This document shows, in pieces, positions 1 to 15,590 of a DNA stretch of 64,000 bases (position 1 is its first letter; each line of letters opens with the position of its first letter). The stretch spans positions 85,932,001 through 85,996,000 of the forward strand of contig OZ024746.1 in NCBI GenBank assembly GCA_964016885.1, in the 5' to 3' direction. Source of the stretch: Eledone cirrhosa. Its lineage: Eukaryota. Below the pieces are notes generated by a model, which saw only the letters and a list, made by a program, of their open reading frames with translations, did not search any database and was not told where the DNA came from. A program made the position numbers and the translations under genes.

Positions 1-282
1 TTTTATTTACTTATTTATACTTCTCTTAGGTCAGTGTTGTTTGTTTGGGTGTTGTTGTTGTTCCACTCATTCTTTCTGTTTAGCTTTGGTCTTCTAATTT
101 CTATTTCACTGGCCTCTCTGATTTGCCTATCTGCTGGGTCATTCCTATGTTTAGATATTATTCTAATTTCTATGTTGTCTATGTTACCGTCATGTTGTTG
201 TCTAGCATGTTCGTATAGTACTGACCCGTTTTTTCGTCCTTTTAGTTCCCCCCAGTGTTGGTCTATCCTTTCACCTATGCTA

Positions 283-370
<88 letters not shown>

Positions 371-595
371 TTTGTTTCTTGTAGTTCCGTACAAGTTACC
401 TCTCATTGTACTCTATTGATCTTGTAAAATAAATACTGATAGTGGTTATAATCTATGACTAAAATAGCAGGAGATTGTGCTCCAGCATAGACCTTGTCAA
501 TGACTGAAACAAATAAATAAAACAACAGAAGAACATCGATTTAAATTTAAGATATTTTTAATCAATTTAAAATATTGATGATGGTGATGATAACA

Positions 596-1046
596 TTTTC
601 TAATTTAGGCACAAGGACATCAATTTGGGTCGGGCGGAGCAGTGATTTGTATCGAACTTAGTACTTGACTGCTACTTTATGTTATCGACCCTGGAAGGGT
701 GAAAGACATCGCTGACTTCGATGGAATAATAATAATAATAATAATTGTTTCTACTTTTGGCACAAGGCCAGCAATTACCCAGTGTATTACTGGTACTTTA
801 TTTTATCGACCCCGTAAGGATGAAAGACAAAGTCAACCTCGGCGGGATTTGAACTCAGACCGTAAAGGGCCGTAACTCTTTGCTGCAAAGCATGTTGTCC
901 GATAATAATAATAATAACAACAATAATAATAATAATCATAATAATTGATTCTACATCTGGTACAAGTTCAGCAATCTGAAGGGGAGGGGAAAGTCGATTA
1001 AATCGACCCCAGTGTATTACTGGTACTTTATTGTATCGACCCCGTA

Positions 1047-1091
<45 letters not shown>

Positions 1092-1247
1092 TACTTTTGA
1101 CACAAGGCCATCAATCACCCCAGTGCATTACTGGTACTTTATTTTATCGACCCTGTAAGGATGAAAGGCAAAGTTAACGTCGGTGGGATTTGAACTCAGT
1201 ACGTAAAGGACCATAACTCCATGCTGCAAAGCATGGTGTCTGATGCT
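596..1247 (-). mobile_element. Cluster of four partial tRNA-derived SINE copies in (TAA)n
   Basis: Reverse complement of the family core GAGTTCAAATCCCGCCGAGGTTAACTTTGCCTTTCATCCTTACGGGGTCGATAAAATAAAGTACCAGT, with (ATT)n tails. Confidence 0.85.
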
Positions 1248-1587
1248 AATGATGATGATGATGGTGATAATAAAAATGATAATTAAAATGATATTTATAA
1301 TGATGATAATTATTTTAAAAAAAAAAGATTAAGAAATAAAAAATGTAAAAATGTAGCGCAGTTACATTGAATGTATTTCAAACTGTAACGTGGTTGTTGG
1401 TTTTAGTTACTGTTCATTAGTATAACAAACTATATCTGTGATATAATGGGGTAGATATGAACATAGTAAAATGTTTGAGTGAAGATGTTGTTGTTACTGT
1501 TGTCTGATTGAGCAGATATGGGATCAAAGGCATTCCAGCCATGAAAGTTACATTATCTAATGTGTAATTTCTTTTATTTATATATAG

Positions 1588-1975
1588 GGAGACAAGAGAT
1601 ATTATTCTAATTACAGAGGGATCTCCTTGGCAAGCCTCCCCGGTAAAGTCTAGGTTAAGTGTCTGGCAAAGAGATACAGGGAGATTGTAGAGTCCAGGAT
1701 AGTTGATGAACAGTGCAGTTTTCGCTCCGGACGCAGCCCAGCCGACCTAATATTCCCACTGCGGCAGGTATTCGAGAAATCGTAGGAGTATTGCTAAGTG
1801 GTAGACCTTGAGCAAGATGGTTGGATAGCATCCATGAGCTTGGCTGGCCTCGCTTGGGGATCCAGTCGGATTATTTGGAGACGGTTGCTTCTGACAGGAC
1901 CTGTTGGAAGGAGTTTTTGAGGACTCTGTTCCTACGAACCTCTCAGGAATAATTGGAGGAAGAAGAAGAAGACAA
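1588..1975 (+). mobile_element. RTE-clade LINE fragments (RT domain piece and 3' end)
   Basis: GDKRYYSNYRGISLASLPGKV*...EQCSFRSGRSPADLIFPLRQVFEKS. The 3' part is homologous to 38073-38310 (-), which ends in a (GAA)n tail. Confidence 0.75.
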
Positions 1976-2820
1976 TATATTTTCTCAATTACTCTCTGAA
2001 TCCGATATAAAGTTAGTAGCCAGATATTATGACAATCTGAATAATTCAGCATTTATTAACACTGTTATATATATATGGATAACACACACACATACACACA
2101 TGTATATATATGTATATATATATATACATATATATACTGTAGTAAAAGTTTGGTAGAAATATCCAAAGGTAAGCCACTCAGTCCATAGGACGAGTTTAGT
2201 ATAAATAATTACAATAGTGACATAAACAGGTCATAAGGGAAATAACAGGGTGAATGAGTTGGGGTCCAGAACTCAACGAAACTTAAGGACTTGTTTGTGT
2301 CACTGTTGTAATTATATATATCCTGGAATTTCAACTTAAATTTAAATTTGAGTTCGAATACCCAGTTGAATGCTTCCCATAAACAGGCGAGTGAAGTAAT
2401 CCCATTTTCTGAGCCTCTTTTCAACAACTACTACCTTAATTGAGGCGGAAAACACACGGGGAGGGCTGTTGGATTCCAGATGTATACAGGAGAACATCTT
2501 ATTTTTTTCCCTGCGTTGTTTTACTGGACATCCCCACTGAAGATCCAGCACTAGTTCCGGGTGTTGGAATATAAACATTTTTACTTAATCCAGCTTACTA
2601 ACAGTCCAGCTTTTGGGGAAACTGGCGCTCGTGCAGGTAATTGTTGACTGAAGGAGCACTCAATACTGTGGATAAAATATAAAAAATGTGGCAGTAACTT
2701 CGAAATTTACGCATGGTTGCTCCTGGCTGTATATATACATATACAATTATATAGATTAAAGTTTATTACGGGATCTTCTGAAACTAGTTTCCGTAAGAGG
2801 GTGAAAGCAGCGATTCTATT

Positions 2821-2854
<34 letters not shown>

Positions 2855-3534
2855 TTGTGTGTGTGTGTGTGTGTCTGTATATATATAAAAGTACGTACGT
2901 ATGTATACGTTTGTATGTCTTTATATATATATATATATAAATATTTCCTAGAGTGCTTAAATTATTTGTGACTAATCCCGGTATTTAAAAAAAAAGAAAC
3001 CGCGATAATATTGCTTTTTGCTGAACTCCTTATTGTAGAGTTTTTTTCGGAATGTTTTTGACTGTTGTTTCATGTAAACAAACATTCGTCTCATTCTGAC
3101 GTCACCAGCCCTGTTTTTCCACATGTGCGTTTTATTTTCATAATCACGCATGATGTTAAACTAGCCTGCTTTTAAATTCCCTTTTTGGCATATTAATCAG
3201 TGAGAATCTGGCTATCGTGTTGAGCTCTGCTGACGATCGTATTCCAACCATGACTATCTCCACTGAAAGTTTACGTGAAATAGTCTTTTTCAAGACTATA
3301 CAGAGCATTTGTAGTTGTCCCAAACTTTATTTTATCATGAGTTAAGGCTCTATTGATTTTTCCCTGGATTTCACTAAATTCTGTTGGATAAGTCTATATC
3401 TTGATTTTTTTAAAATTGAGTTTGAATTATTTTTCCTACATCTTACGTTAACTATTTTCCCATTTTGACGCTATAGTCACTTATATATTATGAAATACTG
3501 TTGGCTTCTTGCTACAATACTTTATATACCTTTC

Positions 3535-4091
<557 letters not shown>

Positions 4092-4348
4092 CAGAGAAGG
4101 TTTGGTAAGATACCAGGTGGGCCATAACCAACCAGAGTGAGTATTCGATACATGGGGTAGTAGAGTGGGTAATATAAAAAGATTCAGGACCCCGACGGCT
4201 GAGCTCCGCCGTTTCGGATCTAAGTTCGGATCTAGCTGTCGAAACGGCCGGAGCTCAGCCATCGGGGCCCTGAATCTTTTCGTATATAAATATTAGGACT
4301 AGTATGAATATAAATATTTATATATATATATATATATATATATACATG

Positions 4349-4465
<117 letters not shown>

Positions 4466-4789
4466 CTATATATCTATATATCTACACACATACCTATGGT
4501 GCCTGTTGTGTGTGTCAGTTCTATTCAGATGGCAGAGTGTGACCCATATTTGTCAGAAGGAGGGGTGGTGGAGGGTAGAGGTGGTTGAATGGAGGAGAAC
4601 AATGGACGTCTCACAATTTGTATTGATTTTCTCTCACACCTTCTCCTCCCCTACCAACACCAATAATACCAATACCTCCGCCACCATTTACACCACTACC
4701 AACATCACACCCATAACTGTTGCAAACTTGCATTTGAACTGTCAGCAGTTTTATGTGTGTATATATATATATGTGTGTTTGTGTGTGTG

Positions 4790-4871
4790 CGCATGCGTGT
4801 ATTTGTGTGTTTATATTTGTAAGTATGTGTATGTGTATGAGTGCGTATGTGTGTATTTATGTTTGTAAATA

Positions 4872-4902
<31 letters not shown>

Positions 4903-6370
4903 GAGTGCGTACGTGTGTATTTATGTTTGTAAATATGTGTATGTATATGAGTATGTGTATGTGTATGAGTGCGTATGTGTGTATTTATGTTTGTAAATAT
5001 GTGTATGTATATGCGTATGTGTATGTGTATGAGTGCGTACGTGTGTATTTATGTTTGTAAATATGTGTATGCGTATGTGTATGTGTATGTGTATGAGTGC
5101 GTACGTGTGTATTTATGTTTGTAAATATGTGTATGTATATGAGTATGTGTATGTGTATGAGTGCGTATGTGTGTATTTATGTTTGTAAATATGTGTATGT
5201 ATATGAGTATGTGTATGTGTATGAGTGCGTATGTGTGTATTTATGTTTGTAAATATGTGTATGTATATGAGTATGTGTATGTGTATGTGTATGAGTGCGT
5301 ACGTGTGTATTTATGTTTGTAAATATGTGTATGCGTATGTGTATGTGTATGTGTATGAGTGCGTACGTGTGTATTTATGTTTGTAAATATGTGTATGTAT
5401 ATGAGTATGTGTATGTGTATGAGTGCGTATGTGTGTATTTATGTTTGTAAATATGTGTATGCGTATGTGTATGTGTATGTGTATGAGTGCGTACGTGTGT
5501 ATTTATGTTTGTAAATATGTGTATGTATATGAGTATGTGTATGTGTATGAGTGCGTATGTGTGTATTTATGTTTGTAAATATGTGTATGCGTATGAGTAT
5601 GTGTATGTGTATGAGTGCGTACGTGTGTATTTATGTTTGTAAATATGTGTATGTATATGAGTATGTGTATGTGTATGAGTGCGTATGTGTGTATTTATGT
5701 TTGTAAATATGTGTATGCGTATGTGTATGTGTATGTGTATGAGTGCGTATGTGTGTATTTATGTTTGTAAATATGTGTATGCGTATGTGTATGTGTATGT
5801 GTATGAGTGCGTACGTGTGTATTTATGTTTGTAAATATGTGTATGCGTATGTGTATGTGTATGTGTATGAGTGCGTATGTGTGTATTTATGTTTGTAAAT
5901 ATGTGTATGCGTATGTGTATGAGTGCGTACGTGTGTATTTATGTTTGTAAATATGTGTATGTATATGAGTATGTGTATGTGTATGAGTGCGTATGTGTGT
6001 ATTTATGTTTGTAAATCTGTGTATGTATATGAGTATGTGTATGTGTATGAGTGCGTATGTGTGTATTTATGTTTGTAAGTATGTGTATGTATGTCTATGC
6101 GGTGTTTTGTGTGTTTATATTTGTAAGTATGTGTATGCGTATATGTATGGTCTGTGTGTGCGTATGCCTGTATTTGCGTGTTTATATTTGTATGTGTATG
6201 TTTATGTGCATGTGTATGCGTATCTGTGTATGTGAATGTGCATGTATATGCGTATATCTGTGTGTTTATGTGTATGTGTATGTGAATGTGCATGTGTATG
6301 CGTATATCTGTGTGTTTATGTTTGTATGTATGTGTATGTGTGTGTTTATGTGTGTATGTATGTGTATGTG
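4790..6370. repeat. Minisatellite with ~50-62-bp unit built from GTAT/GTGT motifs
   Basis: Recurring GTGTGTATTTATGTTTGTAAATATGTGTATG...GAGTGCGTA, more than 20 copies. Confidence 0.92.
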
Positions 6371-6554
6371 AAATTAGTTTTTTGTATACATACATTTCTT
6401 CTAGCCTTTTACTATGTACTAATCCCAGTTTGTCTCTCCTTTATCTCTCTATCTACACACACACACATACATATATACATACACACGCACACACACACAT
6501 TAATAGAAGTGTAGATGAAAGTATATACCCTTGCAAGTAACAATTCAACCAATT

Positions 6555-6910
6555 TTACTGGAAGTGAAACATGGTCGCTTTCATCCAAACAACAAAAGCG
6601 CCTTAATGGCTCCTACACTCGCCTACTTCAACGCATTCAGAACATAAGCTGGCGACATCTGACTTTGAGAGAGATATATGCCGGCCTCCCACGCATATCT
6701 GTCGTTGTACATAAAAGCAGAGTAAGATTTGCTGGCCACTGCCATCGTGCTATCTATGAGGCTGTGTCCCCATTAGTGCTTTGGAAACCACAAGCAGTCA
6801 CTAATAACAGGGGGCGAAAGCTCTCCTATCCCGATGTCATCTCCAGAGATTCTGGTATTGAAATCCATGATTTGGTAACGGCAATGAACGACAGACCCAC
6901 TTGGAGATCA
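6555..6910 (+). mobile_element. RTE/RTEX-like LINE ORF2 C-terminal fragment
   Basis: GSETWSL...LNGSYTRLLQRIQNISWR...RVRFAGHCHR...LVLWKP...RGRK...MNDRPTWR. Confidence 0.8.
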
Positions 6911-7924
6911 ATATACTATATGTTTATATACTATATGTTTATACAAAAAAAACAAAAACAAAAAAAAAACACAAAACAAACAAACAAACATATAAGAGCC
7001 TCGTTATCAAAGATAGAATATCTTTTTGTTATGAAAAACTATTTTTCTCTTTTGTTCTATACAACCCTATTATGTGTCTACAACTATTTATCTAGGAAAA
7101 AGAAAATGTTTTACACACACACGCGCATGTTTGAGTAAATGTGCATTTGTCTGTCTGTCTGTTTGTCTGTATGTATGTATGTCTCTCTTTCTCTTAATTT
7201 CAAGTACATTTTTGACAGGGCACCTTCCTCGTTGTAAAAGAAAAGAAATTGTCATCCCTTGAACCGCAAGAATGTTTTGCAAATGTTGAAGGTGCCAGCT
7301 ATCGCAGCCATTTGCAGTCTATGAATTTTTATATACCCCGTGAATTTCGTTATAACGGAATTTCACTGTACTATACTCAGCGTGTTTGCATCTGTGGAAT
7401 GCTGAATCACCTGTATGTTAATCTCACGATCACACTGTCCAGGTGTTCGAACAACTGGAACACACGTCGTCAGAATTGATGGACTTCCAACACCACTCAC
7501 ATAAGTACAGTAAATATATTCCGCTTTCAACAACCAACTACATCAACAACTTTAGAACACCATATTCACCGCTCCCTCAATATATATATATAAATACTAG
7601 GTAAATTTTCTGTGGCTGTGAATCGCGGATAAAAAGCTACTATTATTTATCTATTATTTCTTCATAGGTATATTTTAAACTTATAGCCTCGTTTAAATGA
7701 TTTTTTGTATGGTTGATTATGTTGACTGGGAGAAGAAATACTGTATATATTTTATCTAATGATTCTATGGACTTACTTTCTTATATATATGGTATATTTA
7801 TACACATGTTTTCTATACCTTTCATTTATATATATATATATATATATATAAAGGTAGAATACTGGAGGGTTATATCCGTAGTAGCAGAGCACTCAGTCCA
7901 TGGGATGTCTAACCACAATCAGAC

Positions 7925-7961
7925 CCAGCTGAAGATCCGCAAGGCGAAACATTGTTCTCAG
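7925..7961 (+). ncRNA. Type I hammerhead motif, partly decayed
   Basis: ccag CTGAAGA tcc gcaa ggc GAAAC ATT GTT|ctcag; same family as 59857-59896. Confidence 0.55.
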
Positions 7962-8025
7962 TATGGTGAACTAACTGTTATGTTTCTACTTCTATATATA
8001 TATATATATATATATATACTATACG

Positions 8026-8144
<119 letters not shown>

Positions 8145-8365
8145 CTATGTATATGTATATATATATATAACGAAGGAAATGTGGAAAGGAACCAGATGGA
8201 CCATAACGCACCAAAGTACTCAATACTTAGGGTAGTAGAGTGGGTAATAGGAACGAGTAGGACCCCGACGGCTGAGCTCAAGCCGTTTCGACGGCTAATT
8301 CTGGACTAAAGTCTAGAATTAGCCGTCGAAACAGCTTGAGCTCAGCCATCGGGGTCCTACTCGTT

Positions 8366-8440
<75 letters not shown>

Positions 8441-8541
8441 ATATATACACACATACATATATACATATACATTATATTCTCATATATTCATGTACACACA
8501 TACACAGACATATACACACACATACACACACATACACACAT

Positions 8542-8615
<74 letters not shown>

Positions 8616-8843
8616 TTGTGTGTGTGTTTGTGTGCGTGTGTGTGTTATATTAGGTATGAATCGAGGTCGTAGTTGCCATATAGCAGGAACTAATCGATTT
8701 GTTTGAGGCAATCACAAAGCACTCAATGGAGCGATTATGTTAATAAATTACCGTCTAAAGTAAACACAACAGTTAAAATGTGTGATAGAAAGAAAAACGA
8801 CCGAAGGCAGTGGTCATACATATAGCACACCAACGATAAATAC

Positions 8844-8909
<66 letters not shown>

Positions 8910-9091
8910 AAAAAGAGATGAAATCGAAAATGCAACTGGAGTCTTATTTTTTTTTTAAATATATATATTTATTTGGTTCCTTTACCGGTTTCGCAGTTCT
9001 TCTGCTTTTCAAAAGGTGAGTTGAGATGGAGGGTCTGTGGTTTTTCTCACATCAGATGTGAGAAAAACCACAGACCCTCCATCTCAACTCA

Positions 9092-9129
9092 CCTTTTGAA
9101 AAGCAGAAGAACTGCGAAACCGGTAAAGG
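9092..9129 (+). ncRNA. Decayed hammerhead motif in a perfect palindrome
   Basis: cctt TTGAAAA gcag aagaa ctgc GAAAC CG GTA|aagg. All stems are intact; the core is mutated from CTGANGA. Confidence 0.55.
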
Positions 9130-9292
9130 AACCAAATAAATATATATATTTAAAAAAAAAATAAGACTCCAGTTGCATTTTCGATTTCATCTCTTTTTCT
9201 TTATACTTTCACTCGTGTAGGACACCTCAGTTATTTTTCATTTTGTAAAAAAAAAAACAAAAAAAAACTCACTTTATATATATATATATTTC

Positions 9293-9365
<73 letters not shown>

Positions 9366-9652
9366 CACAGAGATATCCACGGTAAGTTGTGGGGTCTAAT
9401 CTGCATGAAGAACTCAATGTAATCCATATGTTGGAAATGTTGTAGGTTAAAATAAATCCCGGAAAACAATAAAACATTAAAAGGAAAACAGAGTCATGAT
9501 ATAAGTTAAAACAATGAAATAAAAAATCAAGTCATTAGAAATATACTTCGATATCGATCTATGTAAGGTTAGTTACAAAATATCAGATAAAGAGAATATT
9601 TACTTACATGCATATCACCAGCTGTTGTCAAAAGCAATAATAATTTTATTCG

Positions 9653-9786
9653 GCTTTTGACAACAGCTGGTGATATGCATGTAAGTAAATATTCTCTTTA
9701 CCTGATATTTTGTAACTAACCTTACATAGATCGATATCGAAGTATAGTTACGATGTACTATCATCACCTAGAAACGATCGTAAAGC
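9653..9786 (+). ncRNA. Decayed hammerhead motif with long stem II
   Basis: gctt TTGACAA [~105-nt stem II: tggtgatatgcatgtaa...ttacgatgtactatcatca] GAAAC GATC GTA|aagc. Confidence 0.5.
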
Positions 9787-9833
9787 AGTGAAGTATATTT
9801 CTAATGACTTGATTTTTTATTTCATTGTTTTAA

Positions 9834-9890
<57 letters not shown>

Positions 9891-9971
9891 GTATATATAT
9901 ATATATATATATATACATCGGGGTCCTACTCGTTCCTATATATATATATATATATATATACATAAATATAC

Positions 9972-10018
<47 letters not shown>

Positions 10019-10163
10019 AAATGGCGAGCTGTGTTGTTGCAATTAAGTATAAAACATGAAGAATTAGAAATAGAAGTTAGGAATAGACAACTGATGATGG
10101 ATATTCCTAACTTATATTTCTAATTCTTCATTATATATATATATATATATACATATATATCTA

Positions 10164-10522
10164 TCTAGGGCGGGTAAAATTCCTGAGATCCATGGACAAG
10201 TTCTCTCCAGTGGTCTCTGTCCCTCATTATCGCTGCCATATCCTGCGTCTCCAACAGACCAGTGTCTGTCCTTAGGGCATCAACATACGTTAAGCTTGGT
10301 CTTCCTCTTCAAGTGTGTCCATATAGGGGCTCCCAAAGGAGCACTGAGTGCAATATCAACTCTGGATGTCGGTGAGCATGTCCAGCTAACCCCAGTCTCC
10401 TCTGTGTCACTTTTGAGCTGACTTTTTGGAGGCTCCCATACAGCTCTGAGTTTTTCATCCTCAGTGTATACTGATTAATGTTCAGAGCCATCCTCAGCAT
10501 TCTCGTGTAGCACCCATCCACC

Positions 10523-10523
<1 letters not shown>
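10164..10523 (-). mobile_element. RTE/RTEX-like LINE 3' fragment in (TA)n; shorter copies at 44131-44340 (-) and 62756-62927 (+)
   Basis: [15 protein letters not shown]...[14 protein letters not shown]...LLWEP.HG..RRGRP.LTYVD...MRDRDRW. All three copies share the same 3' end. Confidence 0.82.
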
Positions 10524-10565
<42 letters not shown>

Positions 10566-10617
10566 TATATATATATACACGCATACATATATATATATAC
10601 ATATATATATACATACC

Positions 10618-10670
<53 letters not shown>

Positions 10671-10838
10671 CATATATATATATACATACATATACATATA
10701 TTATATATATATTTGATTATTTATGCATGCATACATATATACATTTATGTTTCTATAAGAATGTATACGTGTATATATAAATATGTATATATACAATGTT
10801 TATTGATATTTATATGAGTTTCATTTACATCTCCTCTG

Positions 10839-10931
<93 letters not shown>

Positions 10932-11053
10932 TATATACATGAATACATATACACACACTTTTCATCCCTCTCTCGCATACCCTCACATTGCACACACGTC
11001 TATCTATATACATATAAAAGAAATTCCATGATTGCAGCGTAGAGGAGGGCTGC

Positions 11054-11203
11054 TTAGGACGGTAGCTCTGGGTAAGTACGGCTGTGAAGCGGCCATTTTT
11101 GTCCATTCACCGATCTCAGTTCTACATTGGTTGATTTGTATTTCATATTGTCTTCTTCTACGAAGGAAACTTCCTGGCCGCGTCCTATCAACTGCCAAAT
11201 ATT
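11054..11203 (-). CDS. SLC6A4: Probable terminal coding exon of the SLC6 transporter (cytoplasmic tail)
   Basis: Strong polypyrimidine tract ending CCTACAG, phase 0, in a unique-sequence island between microsatellites. NIWQLIGRGQEVSFVEEDNMKYKSTNVELRSVNGQKWPLHSRTYPELPS*. Little homology support. An AATAAA lies downstream at 10799-10804 (-). Confidence 0.6.
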   Translation of the reverse strand, partial: NIWQLIGRGQEVSFVEEDNMKYKSTNVELRSVNGQKWPLHSRTYPELPS

Positions 11204-11280
11204 CTGTAGGAAAGCGAGGAAGAGAAAGAGATAGATGAAATCATGAGAGTATAGAGTATATGTGAATGAGGTTGTGAGGA

Positions 11281-11381
<101 letters not shown>

Positions 11382-11478
11382 AAATGAGAGTATGTGTGTG
11401 TGTGTGAGTGAGGTTGTGAGGCAGAGAGATAGAGAGGTTGAAATAAAGTGGAAGAAAGATAGAGAACATAGGGAACAG

Positions 11479-11509
<31 letters not shown>

Positions 11510-11530
11510 AGTGGAAGAAAGATAGGGAGC

Positions 11531-11610
<80 letters not shown>

Positions 11611-12611
11611 ATGATAGTTTGTGCGTGCGTGAGTGGTAGTGAGAGAGACTGACAAGAAGAGTGAGAGTGGAGAATGAAAAGAGAAACGAAGAGATATAGA
11701 GGGAGAGAAATTAGGATATATATATTTGTATATTTGTATGAAGTAGTAAGTCATGTATATAGTCATTTCATTAAGGCTTGAGTTTCACAAGGTCCACAAA
11801 CATGAACTCTGATGAGCCTGTGAAACTCTAGAGTAACATGACTCACTATTTAACCTGAAAAAAAAATGAATATTTAAACTCTACTTTAGAATTGAGTACT
11901 CTTTTTTCTCAGCCGTCAATTACATACGGATATATATATATAAAGTATTAAAACAATCAAAACTTAGTTTAATACATTTATTTGCTGACAATTGTTTCTA
12001 CCAGAGAGATGTCTGAAATCATCGGAGCATAGTGAATGTCTAAACAGGTGATTAATATCCTAGTCTTCAGAACATTTAGGTAGATACATACTCCAATATA
12101 AAAATTCTTGAATGAAAATTACCTACCCAATTCAATCACGTGTTTTGCATTACACCTCACATAACATATACCTTTTTTACCACCACATGTCTCCCTACCA
12201 TATAGCACGCCATTAAAGAAAATTTAAACATTTCTAACAATTATAAGATGCTTTTACATTCTACACGAAATATGCTTATTTCAGCTGTAATATAACTCTT
12301 TCCTCATACATGCCTTATGGATTGTATTGACTCTTACATTATATACCCTTAACATTACCTGATCTCCAATGCTATGATACCTTATGTCTATCTTACATTT
12401 TTTTCTTGCTTGTAACCTTTTTTGCCTGTACTTTTTGCTTGTACCTTTTGCACTTTTCTCCATTGCTCCTTGTAATTGTTTTCTCTGAAGCATAACATTC
12501 TTTTAACTCCCGATTCTCCTCTACATGATGTCTAGGACGCTGACAGCAGTTATGTATCTACCTAAATGTTCTGAAGACTAGGATTTTAATCACCTATTTA
12601 GTCATTCCCTA

Positions 12612-12658
12612 TGCTCCGATGATTCCAGACATCTCTCTGGAAGAAACAATTGTCAGCA
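12612..12658 (+). ncRNA. Type I hammerhead motif, CCGAUGA core variant (mirror copy at 11983-12029 on -)
   Basis: tgct CCGATGA ttccaga catctc tctggaa GAAAC AATT GTC|agca. Confidence 0.75.
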
Positions 12659-12848
12659 AATAAATGTATTAAACTAAGATTTGATTGTTTTAACACTTTG
12701 TATCTCGGCTCTGTAAAACATTTGATAATTTGCATTGAGCCTTTTATCATACCGATAACCGGCTAGTACTTAGTACTACCCCCCATACTTATAATTGTAT
12801 ATTAAACATATATAAGTATAAATATTATTATTACTATATATAGCAATA

Positions 12849-13003
12849 GGGCGGTGAATTGGCAGTATCGGTAGAGGTTCGGATTATGCTTTCCAGCATA
12901 GTTACGTCCAGAGTTCAATTCCCGCCGAGGTTAACTTTGCCTTTCATCCTTACGGGGTCGATAAAATAAAGTGGCCTTGTGCCAAAAAGTAGAAACAATT
13001 ATT
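12849..13003 (+). mobile_element. tRNA-derived SINE, internally deleted
   Basis: A-box-like TGGCAGTATCGG, B-box-like GAGTTCAATTCCC, family core and ATTATT tail. Confidence 0.85.
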
Positions 13004-13056
13004 ACTACACACACACACACACACATATAAACATACACACAAATATATAAATATAA

Positions 13057-13087
<31 letters not shown>

Positions 13088-13222
13088 CGAGTTAGGAGGT
13101 GAGGCTGTGTGGTTACTAAAAACGAAGTGTTAGTAGGTAATCGGGACACAAACAAGAAAAGAAAAAAAGAGAAAAGTTTCCCTTCGTCAGCTGTTTACTA
13201 CGGATCTTGGGCTTTTCGGCGC

Positions 13223-13283
<61 letters not shown>

Positions 13284-13347
13284 TATATAAATAAATGTAT
13301 ATGTAAATATATAAATATATATATGTATAAATACACACACACACACG

Positions 13348-13383
<36 letters not shown>

Positions 13384-13446
13384 CGAGGCGAGGGAGAGAG
13401 AAAAGAAAGAATGTGTATATGAAAGGTTGAGAAAAAGTAACTTTAC

Positions 13447-13614
13447 CATTTTGCGTGTATGTACTGTCACAATGGTTATATAGAACATGTAGATTGGTAT
13501 ACCAACCATGGAGGAAAGTGACACTGCCCAACCTAGAATCGCTGCCCACCTCGGGTATGTATATTCCCCCAAGGTTATACCAGTGTAATTGTACACTGAT
13601 ATACAGAACATTCC
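13447..13614 (-). CDS. SLC6A4: SLC6 transporter exon (TM12)
   Basis: TTGTAG| acceptor, |GTAAAG donor, 168 bp. GMFCISVYNYTGITLGEYTYPRWAAILGWAVSLSSMVGIPIYMFYITIVTVHTRKM, with the Y-x-YP-x-W...LGW and SS-x-x-x-IP-x-Y motifs. Confidence 0.92.
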
Positions 13615-13734
13615 CTACAAATAGATGATATATATATGTATATATAAATAAAAGGAAAAACTGATAATATAAAAGCATTTCTATGTATTTATTTAATTTC
13701 AATTACCTCTGTATTTTATTTACTTTATTCTTAA

Positions 13735-14195
13735 CTCTGAAGCGGAGAATCATTTGGTTTCCTAGTTAGAATTTTAGTCTACGACTTCAGTTATACCATT
13801 TACGTGGTTTTGTCTTTGCGTGCAATTGTTTTCCACGCTCCACATATGACGTATTATCTTCGTTTTTTCCGTTCATTGCCAGAGAACGTCTCTATGAACC
13901 ACCTAAGAGAATATTAGTCTACGACTTCTTTTATACCATAAACGTGGTTCTGTCTTTGCGTGTAATTGTTTTTCACCGCCCCAAATAATGACGTATTATA
14001 TTCGTTTTTTCCCGTTCTTTGCCAGGGAACGTTTCCACGAACCAAAGTATCGTCTTCCTGTCTTCCTTCGGTTGCAACGTTTTTTTGAAATATTTACTTC
14101 TGCGTTCACAGATTGACTTTTTAATTTCAGAAGATCCTGTTAAGGGTGAAAGCAGCGATTCTTTGCTTAAACTTTAATCTGTTATTTTAATAAAT
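13735..14195. repeat. Unclassified interspersed repeat with an internal ~125-bp duplication; its end matches 61871-61980 in inverted orientation and part of 2750-2817
   Basis: Shared TTTACTTCTGCGTTCACAGATTGA...GTGAAAGCAGCGATTCTTTGCTTAAACTTTAATCTG. Confidence 0.6.
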
Positions 14196-14223
14196 AAATA
14201 TATATATATATATATTTATTTAT

Positions 14224-15588
<1,365 letters not shown>

Positions 15589-15590
<2 letters not shown>

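Noticed and set aside
11800-11845. CTGATGA gcctgt GAAAC TCTAGA GTA hammerhead-like motif
   Set aside because: Stem II is nearly absent and stem I does not pair in register; possibly a deleted copy but not supportable.
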